Virus record (IMG/VR): IMGVR_UViG_3300045988_176028
Length of the DNA: 64,000 bases
Direction: 5' to 3' (one strand)
DNA from: a virus
Shown here: in pieces, positions 1 to 8,918 of the stretch
Position numbering within the stretch: the first letter of the stretch is position 1
How the letters are laid out: each line of letters starts with the position of its first letter
Notes under the pieces: model-generated
Databases searched by the model: none
Seen by the model: only the letters and a program-made list of their open reading frames with translations
Told to the model about the DNA's origin: nothing
Made by a program: the position numbers and the translations under genes

Positions 1-28
1 ATTTTTTTTGTTTTTCCTTTCTGTTTTT

Positions 29-424
29 TCAGACGTACATTCCCTCATGCCAGCCGTGTAGCAAACCCCATTCGGATAGTTTCCGGAACCATTTCTCGCA
101 TTCGTCAGCCACCTTGTTGGGATAATCCAACGTCGGGTTCACGTTGAGTAAATACTGGTAGTCGTAGGGTTGGCAGAAGTTCTCGTCCAACACGTCTATC
201 TGCCAGTCGCTACCGTCCTTGGCAATCTCGACATTCAATGTCATGTCATGGTCGGGGGAGACTGAACAGCAGAGGTACCAATACCCCTCACGGTGGTCAG
301 TGAACCCCAGTCGGCGCATGGTCGAATCTTCGGCGGGACTCATGCTAAGCGCCGCATTGTTCTGATGCTTCGTGTAGGTGACGCCTATGGTCAAGAATCG
401 GGGCGTGTTCTGAGTGTCGAACAT
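29..424 (-). CDS. hypothetical protein, 131 aa
   Basis: Complete ATG ORF. It begins 9 nt below the stop of 433..804, so it is probably co-transcribed from the box at 841..859. No motif recognised. Confidence 0.55.
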   Translation of the reverse strand: MFDTQNTPRFLTIGVTYTKHQNNAALSMSPAEDSTMRRLGFTDHREGYWYLCCSVSPDHDMTLNVEIAKDGSDWQIDVLDENFCQPYDYQYLLNVNPTLDYPNKVADECEKWFRKLSEWGLLHGWHEGMYV

Positions 425-432
425 GTTCTCTC

Positions 433-804
433 CTATTCTTCGCTTTCGCGCAGGTCGATTACCGGAATATGTGTATCGGTGGAATAGTGGACGGAATAAG
501 GGTCGATTGTCCTATGCCGCCAGCTGACGCCACCTTCCACCGGCCAAGCCAGCCAGCCTATGCCGTCCAAATAGTTCAGAATGCTGACGTGGACAATCCA
601 ACGGCACCATCTTGCAGGGCATATCACGTCGAACATGGGAGTATCCTCGGTTCCCGGTCGGCAGGAATGCCGTTGCCAAGAACGCAGATACACGCGATAA
701 AGCGCATAGGAATCATCTGTTGGCAGTTCCTCAGTGTCGAACACCGCGCGAGTTGGGTGGTCATCGAAGAGGATTCGTTTGCCGAATTTAGTTGCTTGAT
801 TCAA
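433..804 (-). CDS. hypothetical protein, ~123 aa (TTG start)
   Basis: Track ORF 433..855 runs through the promoter box. AAGGAGG sits 5 nt upstream of the TTG at 804, so the start is trimmed to 804. Confidence 0.5.
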   Translation of the reverse strand: MNQATKFGKRILFDDHPTRAVFDTEELPTDDSYALYRVYLRSWQRHSCRPGTEDTPMFDVICPARWCRWIVHVSILNYLDGIGWLAWPVEGGVSWRHRTIDPYSVHYSTDTHIPVIDLRESEE

Positions 805-840
805 TGCGTCCTCCTTTTTGGTTTTTGTCTTTGTTTTTGT

Positions 841-859
841 TGTGAACAATCCCACTATA
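841..859 (-). promoter_or_regulatory. conserved promoter/leader box copy
   Basis: Coding-strand text is tatagtgggattgttcaca, preceded by TGT (extended -10). Lies upstream of the start at 804. Confidence 0.6.
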
Positions 860-893
860 ACACAAGGGGGGTAGAAAAACGCAACACGAAAAC

Positions 894-1349
894 CTAAGCC
901 AGCGTTCGATTAAAAAAGAACTCCCTCTTCCCACCTCGATACAAACCCACACGCGAGCCAGACAAACGAAAACCAAAACGACGGAAGAAACCCTCATACA
1001 CCGGCAACAGTTCCTCCGGCACCGTCACCAGAGGAAACTGCTCGCACAGCAAACCCAACGCATATTCGACCAGAGCGGAACCGACTCCTCGATTCCGAAA
1101 GCCCTCGTAAACGCATAAAGTGCAAATCTTCCGTTCCGATGAAGTTCTCTTGAGAACGCAAAACCCCGCCAACCCATCATCCGTGCGGGCTAAAAGAATC
1201 GCACGGTCTTTCCCCAAGGAGGGGAGAACCGTGCGGTCGAACCACGTATCAAAGCCGGGATAATACGTTCGGATTATCTCCGGAATAGGAATAGAAGCCG
1301 CAGTTTCAGCATCCCGAACTACGTCAATCCTCAACGAAACTGAACACAT
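894..1349 (-). CDS. GNAT-family N-acetyltransferase
   Basis: 151-aa ORF with an acetyl-CoA motif A-like segment, FRNRGVGSALVEYAL (R-x-x-G-x-G/A). Size is typical of GNAT proteins. Confidence 0.7.
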   Translation of the reverse strand: MCSVSLRIDVVRDAETAASIPIPEIIRTYYPGFDTWFDRTVLPSLGKDRAILLARTDDGLAGFCVLKRTSSERKICTLCVYEGFRNRGVGSALVEYALGLLCEQFPLVTVPEELLPVYEGFFRRFGFRLSGSRVGLYRGGKREFFFNRTLA

Positions 1350-1569
1350 GAAAATCCGTCACACACTCGACATTGACATGAGTCGTATCATCCGGCCAAA
1401 CATATAAAACCGGCATATAGCCGGACAGTTCTCGAACGGCGAGATTGCTAAAACCGTCCAAGTAGAGGGTTCCGGCCATGGGTTTGCCGTTCCAGTTGAA
1501 AATTGCGGGCTTGCCTTCGAGTTCCTTCCAGTTAATTCCGTCTTGGTAGGGGAGTTCTTTTAAGGTCAT
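1324..1569 (-). CDS. hypothetical protein, 81 aa
   Basis: Complete ATG ORF with GGAAAACCA before the ATG. Overlaps the downstream GNAT start by 26 nt. Confidence 0.5.
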   Translation of the reverse strand: MTLKELPYQDGINWKELEGKPAIFNWNGKPMAGTLYLDGFSNLAVRELSGYMPVLYVWPDDTTHVNVECVTDFHVFSFVED

Positions 1570-1586
1570 TGGTTTTCCTTCTTTGG

Positions 1587-1605
1587 TGTGGACTATCTCA
1601 CTCTA
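1587..1605 (-). promoter_or_regulatory. degenerate copy of the promoter/leader box
   Basis: Coding-strand text is tagagtgagatagtccaca. It keeps the GTCCACA end and the position upstream of the start at 1569, but the -10 hexamer is poor. Confidence 0.3.
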
Positions 1606-1650
1606 ACACAACCGGAGTGGCGTGAAGAAGAAAAATCCCCCTCCCCACAT

Positions 1651-1866
1651 TCAGAATTCCGGCTCCTCGACATTCAGCAACACCAGTTTCGGACGGCGGC
1701 GCAGAATCCTGCAATCCTCTGCCCACGCGTCCAAAATTTCGCAAGCCAATACGGGTGCTTCCGGAGCCAGAGTAGGCATGGTGTTCAGAATCGACTGGAC
1801 GGAGTCTAAGTCTGCGAAGGGAAGTTCTGTCGCATTATTGGCTGCATCCAAAAAATAGTGGGGCAT
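1651..1866 (-). CDS. hypothetical protein, 71 aa
   Basis: Track ORF 1651..1926 trimmed to the ATG at 1866 (MPHYF...), which is preceded by GGAAGGAG. Confidence 0.45.
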   Translation of the reverse strand: MPHYFLDAANNATELPFADLDSVQSILNTMPTLAPEAPVLACEILDAWAEDCRILRRRPKLVLLNVEEPEF

Positions 1867-1869
1867 TCG

Positions 1870-1913
1870 TGCTCCTTCCAAAAATTGAAAAGAAAAAGCC
1901 TGTGGGTAACGAT
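1870..1913 (-). terminator. rho-independent terminator candidate
   Basis: Stem gcctgtgg (1887..1894) pairs with ccacaggc (1906..1913). It is followed on the minus strand by TTTTTCTTTTCAATTTTT. Confidence 0.5.
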
Positions 1914-2017
1914 TTTCCACAGGCATTCTTGGCTTATTATTCGATTTCGCGAGGCTTCAGAACTTTGTCTGAAACACCAGCGCAATCGCGCTCAATAATA
2001 GACTTTTTTACCGACTT

Positions 2018-2182
2018 TTATTCGTCGCACAAGTCGGTGTTGCGTCTGCCATATTTGTTTCGTTTCTTGGCTTGCGGATTCCAAGCGCTACCTGCATCCC
2101 ATTCGATGTGAGTGGAACGGTTTTCCCTGTGAGTGTTGTTCTTGTTGGCATTGCCGGTGTTAATCCAGTCGTGGTTGCTCAT
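2018..2182 (-). CDS. small basic ORF, 54 aa (not in the ORF track)
   Basis: Hand translation gives MSNHDWINTGNANKNNTHRENRSTHIEWDAGSAWNPQAKKRNKYGRRNTDLCDE. It starts 12 nt after the stop of 2195..2569. RBS is weak. Confidence 0.3.
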   Translation of the reverse strand: MSNHDWINTGNANKNNTHRENRSTHIEWDAGSAWNPQAKKRNKYGRRNTDLCDE

Positions 2183-2194
2183 TTTTTTCTACTT

Positions 2195-2569
2195 TCAGTA
2201 GCAGTCATCGCACCAACCGGTGTCCCCGCACGGATTCTCGTTTTCGTCGGTTAGCAGACAACCGCAACCGATGCAATACATGTTGTCCGGATTGTCGGAC
2301 GAAGCGAAAAAACCTTCCCCGACAATGTTACCAGCCAAGTCGGTGATGGTGTAGATTGCCCGAGTATCGGCTTCCGGTGCGGGATAGCCGGACATGCCTA
2401 GAATCCTGTTGTACACGTTCGTCAGTAGAGTGCGAACGTTTCCCGCCTGACGAGTCCCATTCACAATGGGAGCCGTCAAATGGTCGAAGAATCCTACCGT
2501 CGTATCCCAAGAATGCTGACCTTCGTGGATTTCAATTTCCAGCTTTTCCCTACCGTCGGTGAATCGCAT
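2195..2569 (-). CDS. hypothetical protein with Cys-rich C-terminus, 124 aa
   Basis: Complete ATG ORF. C-terminal CIGCGC...CGDTGWCDDCY suggests a small metal-binding knuckle. Starts 10 nt after the stop of 2580..2942. Confidence 0.55.
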   Translation of the reverse strand: MRFTDGREKLEIEIHEGQHSWDTTVGFFDHLTAPIVNGTRQAGNVRTLLTNVYNRILGMSGYPAPEADTRAIYTITDLAGNIVGEGFFASSDNPDNMYCIGCGCLLTDENENPCGDTGWCDDCY

Positions 2570-2579
2570 TTTCGTTTTC

Positions 2580-2942
2580 CTACAATTCCCTCATGGCCTT
2601 GTCTAAATCGGACACAATCGCGTCATACAGTCCGTCAACGTTCAACGATTCCAGCTTGTGCGACGGCAAATCCACGGGAGCGTATTCCCCGTCGTCGAAA
2701 GTCCAATGCTCGACCGAAACCGTGTATACTCCTCCACTCCAACGGTAGGAACGTCTGCCGTTATGTTGCGAGTCTGCCACAAGATAGTATTCGAACATCT
2801 TGCCCATGTATGGGCATTGGAATGCGACTTCGATTCCGTCTCCGAAGATGGCGTGGGTGGCGTGTGCGCCGGTCACGTATGGGATTTTGACGAGCTTGTC
2901 AATGAGTTTCCGGTAGGTGTCTTCGCTGATTTTCGAGTACAT
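2580..2942 (-). CDS. hypothetical protein, 120 aa
   Basis: Track ORF 2580..2969 trimmed to the ATG at 2942 (MYSKISEDTYRK), downstream of the box at 2981..2999. Confidence 0.55.
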   Translation of the reverse strand: MYSKISEDTYRKLIDKLVKIPYVTGAHATHAIFGDGIEVAFQCPYMGKMFEYYLVADSQHNGRRSYRWSGGVYTVSVEHWTFDDGEYAPVDLPSHKLESLNVDGLYDAIVSDLDKAMREL

Positions 2943-2980
2943 TCTTTTTCCTTTTTCTGTATGGGTCAAACCCTTGTTTG

Positions 2981-2999
2981 TGTGGACGGTTCCAGTATA
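2981..2999 (-). promoter_or_regulatory. conserved promoter/leader box copy
   Basis: Coding-strand text is tatactggaaccgtccaca, preceded by TGA (TGn extended -10). Confidence 0.6.
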
Positions 3000-3138
3000 T
3001 CATACAAATGACGACATCCCCAAAAAACAGCACACGCCCTACTTGACCTCAGCCTTCAATGTTTGTTGGAAGATACTTTGCGACGGGGCCAGTCGAAGGA
3101 CGGCTCCCCTTGACTGACCCGTGAGGTGCCGGATGGTT

Positions 3139-3993
3139 TCAGCCGTGCAACGCGGTGATGATTTCGTCAGCGGCCTTACGGACATGCTCGGCGGTGGAAC
3201 GTACAAGCTTGGGGTCGGCATCGCTCCACCCCGCCACGTAGCGGATGGAATACTCGCCGGTGTCCATTCCCATGTATTTGGCCACCACGTACGCGACGCT
3301 TTCCGCCTCGGTCTCATAGATGCCGCGATGCCGACCGTATTCACCTTCCGGCAACCCCTGATGGAGAAGCATGTGGGCCGTTTCATGCAGGATGGTCTTG
3401 GCGTCCTGCCTCGGGCTGTTCTGCTCGTTGAGCATGATTCGTCTGCTTCCATCCATCGTGGTGTAGCCTTTGACGTCCCTTCCCATCGACTCATGCCCCA
3501 CTCGCCAATGTTTGGATTCGAGCCAAGCGGTCATGCGTCCGACGAGTCCGAGCGCGTCTGCGCCTTCAAGCTCGGACGGCTTCATCTGTTCGATGGGGTC
3601 GGTCTCCTTGTCGATGGGGTCGGTCTGGGATACGTCGAACACCGTCAAGATGGGATACCAGACTTTTTGGATAGGGTCGCCGTTCTCGTCTAACTGTGGG
3701 TTGCCGTCTTCGTCCTTGACGGTTCTGGTGCTGAAGCCGAAGATTTTCATGCCGTGTTCGCCTTTGCGCACGACGCGCCCGCGTGTCTGCCATTGGCGGA
3801 ATCCGGCGACCAGCGATGAGTTGCCGTTCGATTGCATGAGCATTAGCAGGATGTTGTTCCAGCTATATTGGTGGAAACGTCCCATGAAATCGAGGTAGCG
3901 CTGCCAAGTGCCGGAGTTTCGCAGCTCCTTCACGCCGGTTTCGATGTCCTTGCGCAGTTCTTCGATTCGTTCCCCGTGTTGTTTGCTTGCCAT
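3139..3993 (-). CDS. ardC: ArdC-like antirestriction protein (ssDNA-binding N-domain plus HExxH metalloprotease domain)
   Basis: N-terminal ArdC/DUF1738-type motifs (YSWNNILLMLMQ, FRQWQTRGRVVRKGEHGMKIFGF). C-terminal zinc motif ILHETAHMLLH. 284 aa is typical of the family. Confidence 0.8.
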   Translation of the reverse strand: MASKQHGERIEELRKDIETGVKELRNSGTWQRYLDFMGRFHQYSWNNILLMLMQSNGNSSLVAGFRQWQTRGRVVRKGEHGMKIFGFSTRTVKDEDGNPQLDENGDPIQKVWYPILTVFDVSQTDPIDKETDPIEQMKPSELEGADALGLVGRMTAWLESKHWRVGHESMGRDVKGYTTMDGSRRIMLNEQNSPRQDAKTILHETAHMLLHQGLPEGEYGRHRGIYETEAESVAYVVAKYMGMDTGEYSIRYVAGWSDADPKLVRSTAEHVRKAADEIITALHG

Positions 3994-4036
3994 TTCGTTG
4001 TTCCTTTTCGGTCACGTACGGGAGGTGTCAGCGCGG

Positions 4037-4297
4037 TCAGCAGCAGTATTCGTTGACTGCGTTGACGAGTTCAGCCATGCTCATGCCGTACACGTCGCTG
4101 TGGCGGGGGTAGATGTCTTTTGCGAAGAGTCTGTTTTGCATGATAGTGCGGGCTTCGGGACTTTGAACGAGTTTCACGCTTTCGGGGAAGGTGCTTGAGA
4201 GGGCGTTGTCGTTGATTTGTTTGGCGTATTCGGCTGCTTGTTTTTTGGGCATTTTCTTGACGTTGATTGCGCCGCCGATGTAGTGGATTGCGTACAT
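4037..4297 (-). CDS. hypothetical protein, 86 aa
   Basis: Track ORF 4037..4354 trimmed to the ATG at 4297 (MYAIHYIGG), preceded by AAAAGGAG. The removed N-terminus is just the translated promoter box. Confidence 0.55.
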   Translation of the reverse strand: MYAIHYIGGAINVKKMPKKQAAEYAKQINDNALSSTFPESVKLVQSPEARTIMQNRLFAKDIYPRHSDVYGMSMAELVNAVNEYCC

Positions 4298-4329
4298 GTT
4301 ATGTGCTCCTTTTTGCCTATCGCTCTTTA

Positions 4330-4348
4330 TGTGAACAATTCCACTATA
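4330..4348 (-). promoter_or_regulatory. conserved promoter/leader box copy
   Basis: Coding-strand text is tatagtggaattgttcaca, preceded by TGC. Upstream of the 4297 start; ardC follows with no box of its own. Confidence 0.6.
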
Positions 4349-4430
4349 GCACACTTGAGTGAAACCTCAAAACCCCAAAAAAACAAAAGCGGGACACCAA
4401 AACAGCATCCCGCCTTCCCTCCGTCAAACC

Positions 4431-5397
4431 TTAATCAGACAAACCGGCACGGGCACGCATCTTGCGTTTAATCTCGCTACCCTTGGCGAACAGGCGCTCC
4501 ATACGGGCCACGGTCTGCAACGCCTTCTTATACTCCTCCAATCGAGAAGAGATTTGCCAATTACGAGGTTCCGCCAACGACTCCTCAATCAGAGAATCGG
4601 GAACATCCCACATAAAGGACATAATCCAACGGCGGTTTTCCCCGCCCATGCGACGCCACAAGCGCACGGCACGCTTACCTTTGACCCATTCCGGATTATT
4701 AAACAAGACTTGGATGGCGGATTCGTCGGAGAGGGAGTCCAGCAATGGGTCTATGTCCGTTTCTTCCGCCAACGGTGCTGATAGGATGCGGATGGTTTCA
4801 TCATCGCTTTTCACCCAATGCTCGAAGCAGAGCCTATCGGCCAGCTTGTTTTCCACCATGTAGCGGATAACGTCGTAATCCGTTTCCTCCCAGTACAGGC
4901 TTGCAACGGTATGCTTTGCGGCGAGCTTGCGTAGTTCGGGGTCTTTGTCCTTAGCGAGGCTGGTCGCGGTCTTGTAGTTGAGTTTTCCCCTTGTATTCCA
5001 AATATTCGGCCACTTTGCGGCGAACGTCCCGACTCCGGTCTTTCAACACGGTTTCGCGTAATCCGTCGTATACGTTTCCGTCCTTGACTTCCATGTTGTA
5101 TTCCAGTTTGCAGTTGACGTAGTAGTGGCGGAACGGTAGGGGGAGAGGGAATATTCTTCCACTCTGGTAGATGTTCTTAATGCTTTCCAGCAGGTCGATT
5201 CCCTTGTTGGTAAGCTTCCAACGGTCGCGTTCCTTGTTTAGTTCGATTAGGTTGGCTTCCTTGAATTTATCTAAGGGCTTCTGGTCGATGTATGCGCTCA
5301 GTCGTTGTGAATGGGTTTCATTGTCGAAGTCTTCGAAGCAGTAAACGAGGTTGGCAGTCCACTTTTTGGTAAGACTGTTGATTGCGTCGTTGTCCAT
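4431..5397 (-). pseudogene. frameshifted paralog of the 6312..7235 repeat protein
   Basis: ORF 4951..5397 (...RRKVAEYLEYKGK) and the frame containing ORF 4431..4859 join to align colinearly with 6312..7235. The frames switch at an A4 run on the coding strand (plus tttt, 4983..4986). Confidence 0.6.
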
Positions 5398-5422
5398 GGT
5401 TTCTCCTTCTCGGCATATCTTG

Positions 5423-5441
5423 TGTGAACAATTCCAGTATA
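5423..5441 (-). promoter_or_regulatory. conserved promoter/leader box copy
   Basis: Coding-strand text is tatactggaattgttcaca. Upstream of the ATG at 5397 (RBS GAGAAGGAG). Confidence 0.6.
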
Positions 5442-5557
5442 GCCTAAGTTGAGATAAAACACAACACGCAACCAAGCCAAAACGAAGACGCAATCCCCGC
5501 CCATACGAAAAAAAGGAATACGCCCACATGATTTTCCTGCGGGCGTATTCCCATGTT

Positions 5558-5866
5558 TTAGTTCAGAAGTCCGGAGCGATACAGAATCCTGCGGATATTG
5601 ATACTGTGGACGAAAGCGGTGTCAGGCTGTCCAACGAAGTCGGCAAGCTGCTCGTCGGAGCACGTCTCGTCAACGGCGGCATCCAAAAACACCTCAGTCG
5701 GAGAGTCGAACATCCTACAGCCGACGCCAGCATGACCCTCGATGTGCTCAAACAAGGCGAAGTAGGTCATGTTCTCGTCCGCAACGCGCAACATGACATA
5801 GGAGGCATTGCCGTTGTGGAAGATGTTGTAGTCCTCTGCTCCGAATCGTGCGAAATACTCGTTCAT
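5558..5866 (-). CDS. hypothetical protein, 102 aa (paralog of 11231..11572)
   Basis: Trimmed to the ATG at 5866 (MNEYFARFGAEDYNIF...). Shares GAEDYNIF, LFEH[IV]EG and IRR[IL]L blocks with 11231..11572. Confidence 0.6.
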   Translation of the reverse strand: MNEYFARFGAEDYNIFHNGNASYVMLRVADENMTYFALFEHIEGHAGVGCRMFDSPTEVFLDAAVDETCSDEQLADFVGQPDTAFVHSINIRRILYRSGLLN

Positions 5867-5889
5867 TGTGGCTCTTTCTCTCATATTTG

Positions 5890-5908
5890 TGTGAACAATT
5901 CCAGTATA
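5890..5908 (-). promoter_or_regulatory. conserved promoter/leader box copy
   Basis: Coding-strand text is tatactggaattgttcaca, preceded by TGA. Confidence 0.6.
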
Positions 5909-6003
5909 TCATATTTAAGAGAAAGCGCAAAAGCGCAAAAAAACAAAAAGCCGTGCAAATACAAAAAGCATTCACACGACTCGGAAATTTTTACCACTAT
6001 TAG

Positions 6004-6300
6004 TTAGTCAAAGTCCGACGGTTCACCATTGACGTAGTTCAAAAACTGGTCGAAGGCATATTGCGCGGTATCCTCATAACGGCATGGCTTCGGCTGTGCG
6101 TTCTTTTCCCGCTCTTTCTGCTCTATTAACTGGTCTATTTGGCTTTGCTCATTGCGGTGTTGCCACGCGAGAGGCTCGTTGCCTTGGGCTAGGTTCTCAT
6201 ACACCGTGTATTCGTGCCCACGATAGCTGTAGACAAGATAGACCATATGTGCGTCATATCCGTGCCCGTAGTATTTCCTAATGAATGTCGCTTTTCGCAT
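6004..6300 (-). CDS. hypothetical protein, 98 aa
   Basis: Track ORF trimmed to the ATG at 6300 (MRKATFIRKYYGHGYD). Starts 12 nt after the stop of 6312..7235. Confidence 0.5.
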   Translation of the reverse strand: MRKATFIRKYYGHGYDAHMVYLVYSYRGHEYTVYENLAQGNEPLAWQHRNEQSQIDQLIEQKEREKNAQPKPCRYEDTAQYAFDQFLNYVNGEPSDFD

Positions 6301-6311
6301 TGCTGCCCCTT

Positions 6312-7235
6312 TCAGCCAATCTCGTGCTCGGCACGCTCCCAAATCTTCCGGCGAATCTCACTGTCCTCGGAAAACATGAAGCCAAGCTCCAACACTTGAC
6401 GGACGGCTTCTCGGTATTCCTCCAAACGGTCATGCAAGGCCATGTACGCGTCGCTCTTGAACGCCTGATTGATGAACGAGTCCGGCATGTCGCGCATGAC
6501 CTTGACCAGTCTGTAACATCCCACCTCGTCCGCGTTCTCCCAAGCGTTCATGACACGCTCACAAGTGGCCCACTGCGGCTCGTCGGCCAGCACATGCGCC
6601 ACATCCTGCGGGTTAAGACGGGCCAACACTTCATCCACCTTGCCGTCTTCGGTCAGGAGAGCCGCCTGAACGCGAATCTGACTGTTGGGATTGTCCAGCC
6701 AATGTTCGACGCATTCCTTATCGAAGTTATGGTTATAGATAAGGGTTTTGACCACACGCTCGTCCGACTCCTCGAAGAAGAGGTGAGGGTCTGCGTTCTT
6801 TGCCGCCATGAGTCGAATCTGATAATCCTCGTCGTGGGCCAAACCGTTCGACGTTTCCTTGTCGAGCTTGCTGAACTTGTTGAGCATTGTGGCCGCTTTC
6901 TTGCGAATCTCGGCGCTCCTGTCATGTAGGGCCACTTTGGATAGTTCCTTGACGGGTAGTTTCTTTTCGTCGTATACGCGCCAGTCGAAGTAGTAGTTAC
7001 GGACTTTCAGGGGTAGTTCGGAGAGTTTGCCGGAGTTGAAATGCTGTCTAATGTTGGCGAGTTCGTCTTCGCCTGTTTGGGTGAGAGTCCAGTCGCCCGT
7101 CTCGTTTTCCTGAATGAGTCCGGCTTTGGCGAGTTTGGTGATGTCGCGGTCGGGGAATACTCGGCGTTCGGGTTCGCGCTCGAATCGCATGAATTCGTAG
7201 ATTGCGGTTTCGTTCCAGTTGATGTTGTCGCTCAT
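6312..7235 (-). CDS. helical-repeat (HEAT/LRV-like) protein, 307 aa
   Basis: Trimmed to the ATG at 7235 (MSDNINWNE), RBS AAGGAG. Recurrent H/D-x-D/S-x-x-[IV]R-x-x-AA segments (HDRSAEIRKKAA, HDEDYQIRLMAAKN, NPNSQIRVQAA) resemble HEAT/LRV repeats. Confidence 0.65.
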   Translation of the reverse strand: MSDNINWNETAIYEFMRFEREPERRVFPDRDITKLAKAGLIQENETGDWTLTQTGEDELANIRQHFNSGKLSELPLKVRNYYFDWRVYDEKKLPVKELSKVALHDRSAEIRKKAATMLNKFSKLDKETSNGLAHDEDYQIRLMAAKNADPHLFFEESDERVVKTLIYNHNFDKECVEHWLDNPNSQIRVQAALLTEDGKVDEVLARLNPQDVAHVLADEPQWATCERVMNAWENADEVGCYRLVKVMRDMPDSFINQAFKSDAYMALHDRLEEYREAVRQVLELGFMFSEDSEIRRKIWERAEHEIG

Positions 7236-7261
7236 TTCTGCTCCTTTTGGTTTCCTGTTTG

Positions 7262-7280
7262 TGTGAACAGTTCCAGTATA
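7262..7280 (-). promoter_or_regulatory. conserved promoter/leader box copy
   Basis: Coding-strand text is tatactggaactgttcaca. Upstream of the ATG at 7235. Confidence 0.6.
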
Positions 7281-7299
7281 GTACAGAATAGAGAAATGC

Positions 7300-7677
7300 T
7301 CAACCCCGAACCCAATCAACCAAACGCCCGAAACCATCAAACGGAACCAACGAATACACCAACCAGCCAACAAGCGCCAGCAATGCAAGCGCCGCAATCG
7401 CATACACCAGCGTACCTACGAACAAGCCAGCCAAAAACACGTTCATCTGCCGTTTGCGTTGCTCCAGCAGCTCATACCATTCGCTTTCGCACCGGTCGAA
7501 TGCGTCAGCATCCATGCCGGTGCCTCCATGGGCTTGAAGCCAATCGCGTACGGTCGGCATGGGAGGCAGCGGGTCGGATATGCAAGCGTGCGGTACAAGC
7601 GCGGTTTTAAGCCCTTGCCAAACGCCGTTGAAAAAGAACGCGGGAAAACGTGCGGCCTTCACCGTGCTGGGTATCAT
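7300..7677 (-). CDS. membrane protein, 125 aa
   Basis: The ATG at 7677 overlaps the TGA of 7674..8393 (ATGA coupling). C-terminal hydrophobic stretch VFLAGLFVGTLVYAIAALALLALVGWLVY. Confidence 0.5.
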   Translation of the reverse strand: MIPSTVKAARFPAFFFNGVWQGLKTALVPHACISDPLPPMPTVRDWLQAHGGTGMDADAFDRCESEWYELLEQRKRQMNVFLAGLFVGTLVYAIAALALLALVGWLVYSLVPFDGFGRLVDWVRG

Positions 7678-8393
7678 TTTTTCACCTGCTGCCTTCGTCC
7701 GACAATCTTCTTGCCGCCCACGCTCCGCAACCATGCCAAGCCATGACCATAGGAGACCATACCGGCTTCGACGGTTGGATTCTGCTGGAACATGTAATGC
7801 ACTTCCGCGAGTCCATTGCCTCCGTTTGTTTGCAGAATACGAATCCCGTAATCCTTTTCGACTGCCTTGACCGCCATGTCCCGTTCGAGTTCGTCGAACC
7901 AGCCGTAGAGCGGGAGCATGGCGAATGCGGTCAATGCGCCTACGGCGATGAACCGCCAACATGTTTTCGCTCCTACCAACAATGCGATTGCCGCCACGAG
8001 AATTCCAATGACGGCGATTCCCGTCAACAGTTGACGCCATTTGCCGTTGCAGTCGTATTCGACGGGCGCGTACGGGTTGGTGGGGGTTGGTGTTGGAGGT
8101 GCGGTTTTGTTGGTTTTGCGTGTGGCGGGCTTGTAGGCTTTCGGAGCGGTTTTGTTTACTGTTGAAGTGGTTTTCTCGCTCGTCTTGCTGGCGGTTTCGT
8201 CGGTGTTTTCGGTGGACTTGTCCGCTGTTTTCGGTTCGAATTTCAATGGTGGTGCCGGTGGGTTCAACATCTTTCGTTCCGTCTTCTTCACGATTTCTTG
8301 CAGTTCGATGGTGGTGGACGAGTCGGGTTCATCCATCGGTTCCTGACCTAACATCATGAGGTCGTTTTCCAGTGAGATGTTCCGTTCTTTCAT
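7674..8393 (-). CDS. membrane protein with Thr/Pro/Lys-rich linker, 239 aa
   Basis: Trimmed to the ATG at 8393 (MKERNISLEND), RBS GAAAGGAAG. Two predicted TM helices (LLTGIAVIGILVAAIALLVGA, FIAVGALTAFAMLPLYGW). Confidence 0.55.
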   Translation of the reverse strand: MKERNISLENDLMMLGQEPMDEPDSSTTIELQEIVKKTERKMLNPPAPPLKFEPKTADKSTENTDETASKTSEKTTSTVNKTAPKAYKPATRKTNKTAPPTPTPTNPYAPVEYDCNGKWRQLLTGIAVIGILVAAIALLVGAKTCWRFIAVGALTAFAMLPLYGWFDELERDMAVKAVEKDYGIRILQTNGGNGLAEVHYMFQQNPTVEAGMVSYGHGLAWLRSVGGKKIVGRRQQVKK

Positions 8394-8425
8394 GTAATTC
8401 TTCCTTTCTTTTTTGCCAAATATGA

Positions 8426-8463
8426 GAGAAGTAGAAGGAAGGAGTAATACGGCAGTCTTCCAA
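8426..8463 (-). repeat. 38-nt repeat family, copy A
   Basis: Coding-strand text is ttggaagactgccgtattactccttccttctacttctc. 35/38 identical to copy B at 33890..33927. Confidence 0.75.
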
Positions 8464-8481
8464 TTCCAATCTTGGTGTGGG

Positions 8482-8790
8482 TCAGAGGATTCGGGTTCCC
8501 TTGCGGGTGACGAGCATGATTCTGTTTTCGTGACGGTTCTCGAAAACGTCCCAATTGCCACTCAGGACAGCCAAGCACACGTTGCCTTTGATGAGGTTCC
8601 AACGTTCGTCGCAGTTGGATACGACGTGCTTCCAGTTGATTGGATTGGGCTTGTGGTGGGAGGTTTCCACGATAGCTTCGTTCATGGGCTTGTCCGCGTA
8701 GGTGTGGTCGTAGGTGTTGTCTCCGGCGACTACGCTGATGGTGCCGTTGTCGTGGAAGATTGGCTGGTAGTAGGTTTTGGTGTCGTTCAT
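8482..8790 (-). CDS. hypothetical protein, 102 aa
   Basis: Trimmed to the ATG at 8790 (MNDTKTYYQPIF), RBS AAGGAG. Confidence 0.55.
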   Translation of the reverse strand: MNDTKTYYQPIFHDNGTISVVAGDNTYDHTYADKPMNEAIVETSHHKPNPINWKHVVSNCDERWNLIKGNVCLAVLSGNWDVFENRHENRIMLVTRKGTRIL

Positions 8791-8821
8791 TTGTTCTCCT
8801 TGGTTGGCTCCGCCTGTTTTA

Positions 8822-8840
8822 TGTGGACATTTCCAGTATA
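8822..8840 (-). promoter_or_regulatory. conserved promoter/leader box copy
   Basis: Coding-strand text is tatactggaaatgtccaca, preceded by TGC. Confidence 0.6.
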
Positions 8841-8918
8841 GCACGTTTGGATAAATATACAAAACAAGACACGTCCACACAAAAAGCCCCGCCAAAACGA
8901 CGGGGCCACAAACCAAAA

